Shown here piece after piece: positions 40,601 through 53,300 of a DNA stretch of 64,000 nucleotides. How positions within the stretch are numbered: the first letter of the stretch is position 1; every line of letters begins with the position of its first letter. A model generated the notes under the pieces. It had not been told where the DNA came from, ran no database searches, and was given only the letters and a program-made list of their open reading frames with translations. The DNA is taken from contig NMRA01000099.1 in assembly GCA_002633005.1 (NCBI GenBank), positions 319,086 to 383,085 on the forward strand, in the 5' to 3' direction. The position numbers were made by a program, and so were the translations under genes. Source of the DNA: Phoronis australis (Eukaryota; Animalia; Phoronida).

Positions 40601-41795
40601 CCTGCAATGAATAAATCACTGCGTTACCGGCTTTAGATGCAATGAACTAATTGACCGGGCACCGAGGCCGTGTGAGCGCATAATTCAATGTTTGCTGACA
40701 GCAAGCTGTTGTGAAACAACAACTCGATTTCATATCCTATGGTCAGGTGTTAAGGGAATCTTTATTTAGGTACTAATATACATTATTCGAACCATTGTTA
40801 CTGTATAACTTTTACCCCGACGGTTCTGTGGAATAGGGTAACCCGACTTCGTGGCCCTTGACGAGGTAGTAAGTAGATTTGCAGTGTCGTGGCGAATTCA
40901 CCAAAATAATCGCGTGCAAATTTTTTCTTTGGCTCACTAGTATAGTCTTTCTGTATCTGGAAGTTTAGTTTCCAACTTTGGCTGGTTTATGTTCGTGATG
41001 TCTTCAGTCCGGCCGCGATGGGCCTGATCGGGTTCCAACCACTGGCCGGGATAGCAAGTGTTTTGTGTGTTTAGAAATGAGAAAAAATCGAAAGTCTAAA
41101 ATTACAACACACAGCTATGCTCTCCTGTCTGTATTTCACGGATGAATAAAATCCATTACAGTGACATAAAATAAGACGTTTGTTCAAGAACTCGATATAT
41201 TTGAAAAGGTTTTACATTTAATTTTGATGATTTATTGACGTAAAACGATGAATTCAAGCGATAAGCTGACACCAGTAAGCGTGTTGTGAACTGCTGAACA
41301 GATTGCATTCGAATCTGACGTCATTGGTTAATTTCAACAACTCCGTCTGCCGTCAGGTAAAAGAGCTGCATTTGCTGTTATCAAGTGGAACTACTCGATC
41401 TAAACAAAATAGGTTGTTTTTTTTGGGGTGGCATTCTTCTTTAAGTCGAGTAAGTCACTGACAAGGAGTAACATTATCTCTTTTTTGTTTTTAGTTCGTC
41501 TAGCAGTTCAGATGATGAGGACCTGTTGGCTGGAATAGCAGTATCAGGACATGACATTCTAGAGAGTGCAAAGACCGACAGTGGCTTCAGCTGGCAGGCG
41601 ATTTCTGAGAAACACTGCGATCACAAAAAAGACCCTGACCATAAAAGCAGTCTAGTGAAAAAGCAACGAAGGAAGCATAAAAACAGTTCAAAGGAAAAAG
41701 CCAAAAATAAACCAATTGTGGATGGACAGGAGGTAGTCAAGAGAAAACACAAAAAGAAACGCAAGAAAGATGATGCGAATATGAAGCCTGATTAA
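34685..41795 (+). CDS. CUSTOS: Protein CUSTOS (C12orf43 homolog), about 234 aa, 6 exons
   Basis: Exons 34685-34769 (MAGISDSSSSDEDEEARLRDA), 35728-35806 (..KKPSQR), 37171-37263 (ELRTTPEFRSHVAKKLTSILD, matching human [21 protein letters not shown] as recalled), 37962-38029, 40006-40084 (GFKLF), 41495-41795 (AVSGHDILES, Lys-rich tail, TAA). All GT-AG and phase-consistent. Confidence 0.92.
35040..35192. mobile_element. Small GC-rich MITE (hAT-like ends) in CUSTOS intron 1
   Basis: Perfect TIR CATGGGCGGCGCA ... TGCGCCGCCCATG; two similar internal units (AGCACTGAA..AAAAGTGGG..CAGCCCC); no clear TSD. Confidence 0.6.
36123..36451. mobile_element. Tc1/mariner (pogo-like) MITE
   Basis: TA|CCGTACTTGTCTGGGTTAG ... 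CTAACCCGAGCGAGTACAG|TA; TA TSD and imperfect TIRs. Confidence 0.7.
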
Positions 41796-41799
41796 TAAA
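41794..41799 (+). terminator. Candidate poly(A) signal AATAAA overlapping the CUSTOS stop codon
   Basis: Sequence GAT-TAA-TAAA, followed about 20 nt later by T/GT-rich TTTTTTGTGTT. Confidence 0.5.
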
Positions 41800-42618
41800 T
41801 TTACATAGTTAACTGCTTTTTTGTGTTACTTGCCATGCTCAATGAATTCGAAACAGGATAACAGACAAAACTCCCAATACCTCAAAGCACTAAGAAAAAA
41901 CACCAAACATTTTAATAGTTATGGCACATGCATGATACATCAAAGCTTGCAAAGTCAACAGTACAAATTGCACACGTATTTGTAATATACACACGTACAA
42001 GTTGAACAATCACTGATGCATGGAGAAAGTGTGCATGTGCAGACACTAAGCAAATGTTTCCCAGTCCTATTGAACTACGCTCAGACAGGCTTCCCTGTTT
42101 TGCACGTGATCCAGTTAACAATACACTCTAGCTCAGCACTGAAACGCCACAAGCCACGTGACGTGCTTGAACCGTTCTAAATGTGGAATGGAAGTCAAGA
42201 ATCCTCAACACCTAGTAGAGATTTGCCCTTCATATCAAAGCCTTTGCAACCACCTACTTCATGAACAAAAATCTCCAGTTCATTCAGGTTTAACAGTCTC
42301 CAACATTCTGAAGGAAACTAGCCCATAAAGAACTCCACAAGTCGTTATCAGGTGATTGTCACAAACATTTTTAAATCTGGTCAACACGCCACCTATGGCC
42401 ACAACACATCACCTAATGAATATAAAGCTGAAAAGATTTCTGCCCCAACCAGGACTCTAATCTGGGACTTTCTGATAACCTTCCAGACGAACCCATTGAA
42501 ACCAACACTACACATTTTGACATTTATAACAGATGCATGATACAAGTCGGCACAAAATATATATGTATTTTTTCTTGCCGATTAAATTTCCAAAACCAAC
42601 TTGTAATTCATATACTTA

Positions 42619-43442
42619 GGGCTGTTCCAGTAAAATCCGTGTGGGAGGGGGGGGGACCGCAGTAGAAATAAAAATTCATGGGTGGTTGTCTTAAGAAAGA
42701 AACACAAATTATGGGTGGTTGTTCCTATAAGAAGTGATGCATTAAAAATGGGTGGTCTTTTTTGACCAGTCAAATGTTGATAGTTTGGTTACTCCAGCCC
42801 TCAAAACTAAAAACAAAATACAATTGGCAAATATCCTAACTTATCCCAAAACAAAAAAGCCCATATTGCCAGTGAACAGAGTGCAATATGTTCACTAAGC
42901 CATTAATCAAGTCATGGGCAACTTGATATGTGCCAATTGTTTGTCTGCAGTCCTATTGAATTGAAGTTATGCAACACTAAACTGGTGTTAACACATATAA
43001 GAAAATTGATGATTTTTAAATAAAAAGTATGAGGAGTAAGATAAACAAGTTCCAATATTCACTTGACATAGAAGTATAAAAGAGTTTGTGGAGACAGTTT
43101 GAGATTCATAGATCCTTATAATTGAAAAAATGTTCATTGAAATTATAGACACATGGTGAACAGAGACACCTGGTGGCTGCCAAAAGTATTGCTCACACGC
43201 TACTTTAGTTTTTGACAATATTGGACAAGACGACTAGTTCTTGTCTGTCAATCATCTAAGTTCTTAACAGGTCATCCTGGTGGCAGTTTGTTTGCAAGTG
43301 TTGGATTTTATATTTTAACCTATCAAAAATAATTAAAAAATTATGGGTCATGGGTTGGAGAAATAAATGAAAAATATGGGCGGTGGGTACGAAATAAAAG
43401 TGCCTTCCCCCCCCTCCCATACAGATTTTGCTGGAACAGCCC
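42619..43442. mobile_element. Tourist/PIF-Harbinger MITE
   Basis: TIR GGGCTGTTCCAG(T/C)AAAATC..GTGGGAGGGG; TSD TTA/TTA. Confidence 0.85.
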
Positions 43443-44303
43443 TTACAAGTTGAGCAATCATTATTTCACAACTTGCCAATTCCCTTGAGGCAAGTCTCCT
43501 AGTACGTCTGACAATGTCACCCACGCAGACCAAAACGGACACCCTCAAACACTATTCACTACTCACTGACGAACATTATCTTGTGACAAAAAATCAGTGA
43601 AAATGGCAAGCCACGCTTCTAATGTAAAAGAGCTGAGCTCATAGCTCGCACCTGAAGCAAAATGAACTTACCCCGCAAGCCACGAGGCAAATATCTCAGT
43701 TGTTGGGTTTCTTTTATATTGCAATTGTAAATTCTGACAACATGTGGGTGAGGTGAGCAAAGTGCTGATTACTAGACATAACCATTGAAAATTGATAATT
43801 ACACCACCTCACAGCAACAGTTTTCTCTCGCTGGCTCAGTATAAGCATGACTTGTGTACTACATTTACATTGTTTACTACAAATGTAAGTTTACAAGTCA
43901 GTGAGTATTTCATCTCACTGTGTGTGTGGTGACAATGACATCAGGTACATTTTACTTGTGGCACACAGTTGAACTCGTTGGTATCCATCTGTGCTGACTA
44001 AATGAACAGGTTACTCAAACAACAACAAACAAAACACTTAATTGCACAGAACTTGCATAACCCTAATACATACTGGCACGAAAAGTAACATGACTGATCA
44101 CTTGGGGTACTTCTTCGTTGTTAATTCATCGCGCCTGGCTCTCCTACTTGTCTAGACCTCTGCTAGAAACAGAGGTGTACATTCAGATTTTTGCATCAAC
44201 ACTGATGCAATACAGATAGGATTTCTTTCATAACTGGTATGTAAGTTCAATTGAATTGCCTTTGATATTTGTACAGCATGTATTATGAGAATTCTCACGT
44301 CGC

Positions 44304-47300
44304 CTAAGTCAGAGAGGGCAGCTGAAAAGATACAACAGAAAAATGTTAACCAACAATTTAAACGGATAGATCAAATGAGACAGGTGTGGCAAAACATTTC
44401 CATTCTAAAGCCTGACAAAACAGAAGAGGTAACCACAACAGTTGAACCGTGTTAAGGTTATGTAAGACCTTATCAATAAGTCTGTTGACTAAAAGTAGAA
44501 ACTGTGGAATTTTATTTTTGACTAAAACTAGTCTGCCATTAATTATGTCACATGACCATGGATTTTTAGGACAGTTTAGCTAAAAAGAAAGGTATATTCA
44601 TAGCAAAACAACAGGAACAATAACATAACCAAATTTTGTGTGATATAAATGTTCAAGATAAAATCTCAGCAATCCCGTTACAGTTTTCAAAATTTTTGTT
44701 TTATTTACGCTTCATGCAATATCAAATACATCCTATTTTTGATAGACCCTTATATAAAAGCGGAGCATTTTAACAATTCCCATTATGGAGAACAGTGTAT
44801 AAAGCATATTATCAAAGAGTTTAATGTGGACAGCCATTTCTGAGATATGATGTTCCGAAGTTGGTCAAAATTGGACATTTTTATAGGTTATGTAGGACCC
44901 TTGAAAAATATCCACAATTGGCTATATTCACAACATCATATCTCTTGTCTGATCGAATTCAGATGGAATTTCCATCGTTTTGCTACAAATGCACATTCTT
45001 TTTGCTAAATTTTACTAGAAGACATGGTCATGTGACCCAATGAATGAAATTGGTATGAAATTGAAAATCAAAGTCTCCAGGCTTTCTACTTTTAAACAAT
45101 GCATAAATTAAAGTTTTATACCTATAGTTTTATAGCTAAATATACAGACTTGTCAATAAGGTCCTACATAACCTTAAATGTAGGTTAGTAAAGTCAGCTT
45201 AATGTGTATAACATTCCCTCCAAACGTCCCAAGCCTAATGTACTACATACAAGTTAATATCGTCAGCAAAAGTACACTTACAATGTCTAAACGTGTTTGG
45301 AGTAAGGGCTGTTCCAGTAAAATCTGTATGGGGGGAAGGCACCTTTTTTTCGCACCCACCACCCATATTTTTCATTTATTTCTTCAGCCTATCACCCGTA
45401 ATTTTTTATAAGTTTGATATGCAACCACCCGTAATTTTTTTTTTGTTCTTGTGGTTGACTGCACAGGCGCTTGAGTTTATCTGTTCCTCCATCACCACTA
45501 ACGTCATTCATTACTAAGAAAACATGTTTCTTATATATGGTTATTAGCCATCGAGAAATTCGAGCACCTGTGGTTAAATGGTGTTATGGACATGCGAATG
45601 AGGAGATCGGAGGGAGTGAAAAAGTCGGAGCTTTTTGCAAGTTGCATTTTTGTTTCAGTTTTTGATTCTGTGCGGATTGTTTATGAAATTTACTAAAATT
45701 ACCCACTATCAAACATTTATGGCCCAATGAAACAACAACGACCTGTAGATTTTTATTTTTTGAAGTACGACCACCAGCCATTTTGAATTTAAATTTAACG
45801 CAACCACCCATAAATTTTTATTTCGGTTGCCTTCCCCCCCTCCCACACAGATTTTGCTGGAACAGCCCTAATGAGGTTTGACTACCGTTTGTGGTTTTTA
45901 ATCCGTTAAGTAACTGAACAACTCTGAATCTTTAAAAAGTTGTACCTACGGCATCTGTGGAGGCTGCCATGACCGAGAAGACCAAATCCTAATTAGAAAC
46001 TGCATTACAGTACAAACTACATGACAGTAGCCCCCTTAAATGTAACCTCCAAACCAATGTTCAAAAGTACACACATTCACAACGTCTTGCATATTGGGTC
46101 TACACGTTGTTATAGAAAGTAACTAGTATATACCTTTTCTATAATCCGAGCTTTTGGTCTTCCCTTTAGGAGAGCGTAGGCAAGCATAAACACCACCATC
46201 ATGAAGAGGAACGTGCTAGTATGTAGCAGGTGTTGATTTATCAAAGTTTTATTTTGCTGCAGAGGAGAAATACACTGGTTCAACAAGATCGAAACACATG
46301 GTTTATACAAAACTTTGACAAAGAAATTCAAGGACTTTTGAGGGTAGTTCAAGGCGTACTCAAAGCAAATTCAAGGTCATTTCAGTACAAGTTAGTGTGC
46401 ATTAACCCCAACCCCCTTTCAAAACTATAACGTTGACAGGCTTTACAAGGGTAAAAGATGAAAGCCAAGAGCTGTTCAAGGTCATCATTTAATTCAAGGA
46501 CTATTCAAGGCCAAGGCTCTAACTCGAAGGGTTTTCAAGATTGTACAAAGCACGAAACACAAGTCTATGAGGACTTTTGTCCTACACTGACAAAACACAG
46601 AAAAAGAAAAAAGACTCTATTGTAGATTATTTTTAATGGATACGAGGGCATCGTGAAGACGTTCATCACCAGTAAAGTCTGCCTGATCGTACAAAGGTAT
46701 TTTTGCGTGAGATTGGTAGACAACATTACAAAATTAAAAAACAGCCTAACACATTATTACACCTTACTACAATACTGCATGCACTTGTCTGTTAACACAA
46801 AAAGAACTACTAGCCAGCACAGATGTGTAGTGTACTAAATTATACCCACCTACCCAATAGCAAAGTCTGTAGTAGCCTCTGACACCACAGAAAGGTAAAC
46901 GTTTCACTAAACCAAGACTACTAAAACTCACCAGAGTTAGATATATTGTTAGTCGGGGGTCCCACTTGTACTGTACTTTAATTTTGGGTTTGTATTTACA
47001 CACAAAATGTTTGGCCATTGTCTTCTCGCGGTAGCCCTCCATGTATGAATAGTGGTCCACACCAGTGCTGTTGACCTGCAGACACTGTTCTGGCTCCCTG
47101 CAAACAAATTTGTAGAGAATACTACTGTCAATAGACTTTTAAACACCGTAACTGGCACCGCAGACCATTTCAAGAACTCTGTATATTCTTAATGCACAAG
47201 ATCTGCAAAAGATGCATGTTCAGAATGTCACTACTCACTAGCCTTTCTGGATACACACGTTTTGGCAAGTACGCCTGATTACACAGACCAGAATCTGAAG

Positions 47301-50300
47301 GTGTGACATTGCACCCCACAAAGGCGTTGTATTGAGCCTGCGCTAGGAATTCATACAACGATACCAACTTAACAGGTGTGCAGCCTGATCTACGCTGGCA
47401 GCCAATCCGTTTTAAAGCCTTCTCAAGCAATAATTAAGTCAATGTCAAAATGGAAACTGACATTTACATTGAGATCAAACTTGCCAACTTCTCACGGGAG
47501 TAAATCAAGTTCACGGCAGTGAAACAGAATCTATGTGATCCAAACTTATGCTACACTTACTAAGGAAAGGAATGATGTCAGATTCTAACTTTGAAAATAG
47601 TAAGTCTTATAAAACCTAATGGCGATGAACTGGCAACTGTCATAGCCAATCACGCTACAGTGAACAGCCAGTGGAACTAATGTGTCTTGCTTCGGAATAT
47701 GGCAATAACAAATTTATAACTGTCCAATAGTTTTTGAAACTGTGATGCAGTGTCAGAATACTCGACTACATGGTAGGCCATGAAGAGTTCTAATAAAAGT
47801 AAACCTAACACAAGTTGGATCTTACTGGACCGAGAGATTTTATCACAAGAAGGCCAAGAGTACGAATTAAACAACCGTACCATGGAACTTTTACCGAGTT
47901 AGGGGAGTTTATGACTTACGTATGTCTGACTTATGTGAGTTTTACTGTAGATCACTTGCATCTTGAAAACAATTCTCTGTAATGCAAGAGCGTGGTGAAC
48001 GGGGGTCGGGTCAGTCAAAGTATGAAAAGTTTTTGACCGTAAGGAAAGAAACTCACAAATTTTTTCAAAAGTGCAGTAAAAATTCTTCAGTTTGGGACAC
48101 AATATGGCGTTCAAGTGAAACATCATTTTGTCACATTTGTCCAAACAAATAACATTTCAGGAAAATATACTTTGCTTTTAGCATTGTTTGTATGGCGTAG
48201 CTATTACCAAACAACAAGATTTATCCACAGCTTGACCTGTCATGTGCTTGCCCTCGAAAATCGTCGTCTGGATTCTTACTGATAACTTCAGAAATTTTCC
48301 AAAATCTTACAGGAACGTTCACAATGGGTTGATATGTACACAGANGTGATCCAAACTTATGCTACATTTACTAAGGAAAGGAATGATGTCAGATTCTAAC
48401 TTTGAAAATAGTAAGTCTTATAAAACCTGATGGCGATGAACTGGCAACTGTCATAGCCAATCACGCTACAGTGAACAGCCAGTGGAACTAATGTGTCTTG
48501 CTTCGGAATATGGCAATAACAAATTTATAACTGTCCAATAGTTTTTGAAACTGTGATGCAGTGTCAGAATACTCGACTACATGGTAGGCCATGAAGAGTT
48601 CTAATAAAAGTAAACCTAACACAAGTTGGATCTTACTGGACCGAGATTTTATCACAAGAAGGCCAAGAGTACGAATTAAACAACCGTACCATGGAACTTT
48701 TACCGAGTTGACCTGTCATGTGCTTGCCCTCGAAAATCGTCTTCTGGATTCTTACTGATAACTTCAGAAATTTTCCAAAATCTTACAGGAACGTTCACAA
48801 TGGGTTGATATGTACACAAAGAAGCCTGAGGCACTTTAAAAGTTGTACCACTTTACCTGGTGTTTTGAGATGGAAACATGCTGGCTTGTGCAATGAAATG
48901 TACACAGGTAACTATCTGGACTGGCTGGCATTTGCCCATTGAGCAGTCTGTGCTGTTCCACTCAAACGGAAGTTCAAATGTTATATTGATTGCGTCATCA
49001 TACAGCTCATCTGAAAGGAAAATTCATTACGTCAACATCAAGTGCCGGCTTATGAGAGAGAGAGAGACATCATTCAGGGTGTCGGAAAGTAAAATGAGTG
49101 TCAACGGTTATGAAGCCTCGGGATTTTGATGAAATTTCCATGAGGTATTGCCCATGTCATAAACCTGAGACTCGTGTAGGATTCTCTATACAGTATCAAA
49201 TAATCTTATATACATTACATATCAGTCTGTTCAGGCAAAAGGTGAATTCGACAAGGTAACCCAATTTTGATGAGCCTGATGATTTGTCAGTGCATAGGCC
49301 ACTAATATTTAATTTCAGTTTAGGTATTTAGCAAAATTTGCTGCCCTTCCTTGAAACCAGTAAAAGTTATCTCAACATTTACCATAACATTGAAAGGCCA
49401 TTTTCGTGGTGTACTTTTGTGACATTCAAATGCCCAGATTGTAAATCTGCACCCATGACTTTCACATATATTTGAGAAGTCTATTCGACTCAGTGACTTA
49501 GTCAAATATCTTGCATGAAACCGACCCAATGGATATGCAACACATAAAGGAAAAACTGACCTGTGTGTCCATGAGTAATAATCAATTAGTAAATGATACT
49601 AAACTTGAAAATCTGCCTCTTTGTAACGTCCATACCATAAACAGAATATTCATTAAACATTTTCCTGTATCTACAGTTACCTCCCAGTAGTAGCTTAAAT
49701 GAACTCGTACATCTTTTTAGTCTAACATGCCATGGTTGACATGCAGAAATCGCCAAAAGCAAAAAAAAGTTCATTATCCGGTTAATATCACTTTTACGGC
49801 CCAAATCATGCCCGATAACCAGCCTTGAAATGGTTTCCCCGACAAAAATCGGGAGGACTAAAAAAAAAAGGTTACCAATACAATTACAATAACACGAGAC
49901 GCCATTGAAAATCCCACCACGCTGTCCCAGATGCACCGGCAATGTTGACAATTTACGTTCCTCCGAAACATAAAGAGCAACTTCCGCTTTTCGAGGTGAA
50001 CGTTGTCTGCAACGCCGCGGTAAGAAAGGAATTTGCCGCAGAAATTTTATATCAAATCCAATTTTTTTACGCAGAAATATTATAAAAAAAGCGGAAAGCA
50101 CATTTTAAAAAAGCGGAAATCCGCGTTTTCGCAGAAAATTCCAACCCCTGTAATATATATCAAGTGCCAAATGTCTGACGGCACATTTGTTTGGCTTTAC
50201 TTCACAACACTAGGTAACAAACCTTTCAGTCCAAGTTGGTAGCCGCGTATCTGGCCATGCAGGTGGGTGATGTTGTGAGGAATGCGAACAAATGCTGGTG

Positions 50301-53300
50301 TGGGATGGATAGTGAGTACAAGTGGCAGAGAGTAGTTCCTGCAAAACAAGAGAAAGGTCGACATCAGCTTGTAAGAAGGAAAGATGCACTGTGAAATTAC
50401 GACTATCAGAAATAGTTCACAAGCATTTGTGAAGGAGTGGCCAAATTGTCCCTTGCCACCTCGGGTTCATATATTTTTATGTGATTACGACTTTTGCAAC
50501 GATAAACCAGAAGAATATCTTTGCAACACTTTATTTTCAACACATCTGAAAACGATCACTAAATTACAATTCCCAACATTTTCAGATGAGGAAATTTTGA
50601 TTTTTTATAAACTTTCGCACAGTGATATGACTTCTGCATAATTATGACCTTAAAAACGAAATCAAGGTAGCCAAATTCGACTGACGCCTCTACACCTCAG
50701 TACAAAGGGTCAAGAATCCTTTGTGATATATCATACCAAAAACATTTTCCCAGTAGCACACTTATATTTCTTGCTACGACCTGAGAAACAAGGTAATAAT
50801 CACCAAATTAACTGGCACCTGGAAATACCCACCTACACATCGGTACAAAACACAAGCAAAATATTAAGCCACCTTCTTTAATTGAGATACTGCACTTACA
50901 AAATTTTCCAAAATGAACCCTAATTTCTTGTTGAAGGTTAAAAAGAAGGAAGTAGAGTATGAAGCTACTTTGATGTATATCGAGCGCAGTTTAGGAAATA
51001 CAAACATTGGGGACATCCCGTTTCCTACAATGGTGAATGTTGAATGTTTGGATATAATTTTATAGTCACTATGAAAAACTGTGTAGTGAAATAAGGCATG
51101 TTAATATTTCACATTTTCTATTGTTATATTAAAGCTGGAACTGAGTTAATATGTGTTCTCTTTGATTAATAAATTCTTTCGTTCTCATTTGACATTAATT
51201 AAAAGTTGATGATTTAGACCAACCAATGTAGCACTGAATATAACTTAAGGTCAAGGTAACAAGCAAAAGGTCATGCAGGAGTGAGACATGACAGGTCAAT
51301 AACACAAGGGTAAACAAGCCTCAACTCTAGACAATATCCTCAAAACAATGTGAGACCAAGGTGGTGCAATTGCACATTTAGGGATGGTTTTATCCAATGA
51401 ATATACAAACAGCCTCCTTAAGTTTAAGTCTGTCCATGCACTGTCCAAGATACTAAAACTGGATACTGAGTATTCTGACATGCATTCTGGATGGTCATGC
51501 ATATGTTTGCAGATCTATGTTAAAACCTCCGTTAGACACATGCTCAGATATACGTATATTCATGACCTTTTACTCGTTACCCTGACCTTTACATCACGCT
51601 CGTTCTTGTACCTTTGAGAATGAGGATTGCACCTCGAGAAAACATAAGAAAATGAGTTGTGGACTATTTGGCTATTAATTAAATGCTGCAGGATAAATTT
51701 AAATGAATTTTCCCTTTCACAGTGCTCAACTCACAATTATATTAAAGAGCTCACTGGTCACGTATCAACTATTACGTGACAAGAAAACAACCATTATTTA
51801 CTTACCGATATGTTATGGGAGAGGGCGAGCCTGCGACTGCTGGAGACACGGAAGACGGCGGGCTTGTCCATGACACCTCACTACTATCATTGCCACGGAC
51901 ACAGAATTCTAGGTCAGATATGTGATCTAGGAATGAGTTCCAGTCCTGGGCAAATTCAAAGAGATCTCTTAGCTACTCATTCACAGAACATGAACATTAT
52001 TTATAGGCTTTAAAGAAGGCAAACGTCTACAAAACAAGTTAAATGTCGCATCATTTGTACTGCAGTTTTGGCAATAGTCCCACATTTTGAGAACCAGTTT
52101 TCTCAACTGAATAACGTGCATGGAACTGGTTCTCAAAATGTGAGACCTCTGTAAGTAATTACCTACCACAGGCTACCAGTACTGCCATATTTTTTGAGAA
52201 CAAAACAAAGCCATGTCTTCAATGAAATATGCACATACACAATACATATACATATAACACCTACCAAGACTCTAGTCAGTCAACATAATTTGAACATATC
52301 TAAGAAATGTTGTCGCGTTTCACTTAAGTGAATGAAATATAGCAAATTGTCATGATCCCCTTCATTGTCGTGTTTTTTGACCGAAGCAAAACAACTACCA
52401 GGCGGTAGGTATAGGAGGTCAGCTGCCCCCACCTATCGACTGCAGGTGGCGCTGTGTGCCACGTGTGACATGTTTTCAACATGGCGTGACATTTCTCTCA
52501 GCAATTAATATATACGGTATTACTCTCTGCACGGACACAAAGACGGAATGAGGCCTACCATTATTATACCAGTAGCTCCTTTGGCTTAGGTTAAAAATCA
52601 CAAGCAGATGCTAAACATTATCTCATACATCCATTGAATCAACTTAACACTCCCTGATACATTTCTCTAGTTTTAGTAAATAATCCTTCAACATATATAC
52701 GGTATATATGATCTCATCAGTGTATGCAGCAGGTTGCAAAAACAAGTTGAAACTCTGACAAAAAGTTGCTGTGGGTGAGTAGTTTGTACCAGGCCATGTA
52801 AACTTAACATGAACGTAGAATAAATACTTATATCATTACCATCAAAAGTAAATTACTTCCAGGTTCGCAGACTTGTTGGATTCATTGCTAATACTGGTTT
52901 AGGTAGAGAGAGTGGGCGTGTTTTCATCTCCCCCCCGTTGAATGGGACATCTGGCCATCCCAAGAAAGTTTTCAGGCATGGCTTTTATAATCAATTATTT
53001 TTCCATGTGATTTTTGGTGAGCGAAATAATGATGATAAGTGTATTAACGAAAGACATAATAAATATTGAGATAAGAGCAGCCAGGAATTGAACTCGCAAT
53101 CTATTGGTTGAGAGCCGACCACACCAGTTAAGGCTACGAAGCAACGGCAAGAAAAGTATACAAAAATACTTAAAACCATGTTATGTGGCTAAATGTATTA
53201 CGTAGTAGAAGCAAGCCCCTCCCCCGTACATTGACCAACACAATTATTCAATATGGTTCTAGCTCAAGATTTCATTTTTCATGAATTTTCTAGCAATGGT

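Noticed and set aside
44121-44321. Alternative TMEM248 ending (AALSDLGD / RSRQVGEPGAMN*)
   Set aside because: The upstream exon ends in phase 0, which gives LPSLT* directly; the alternative needs a different phase.
49586-50101. Longest ORF in the track (171 aa, minus)
   Set aside because: It overlaps a non-coding repeat shared with 2581-2805, has no recognisable domain and is intronic.
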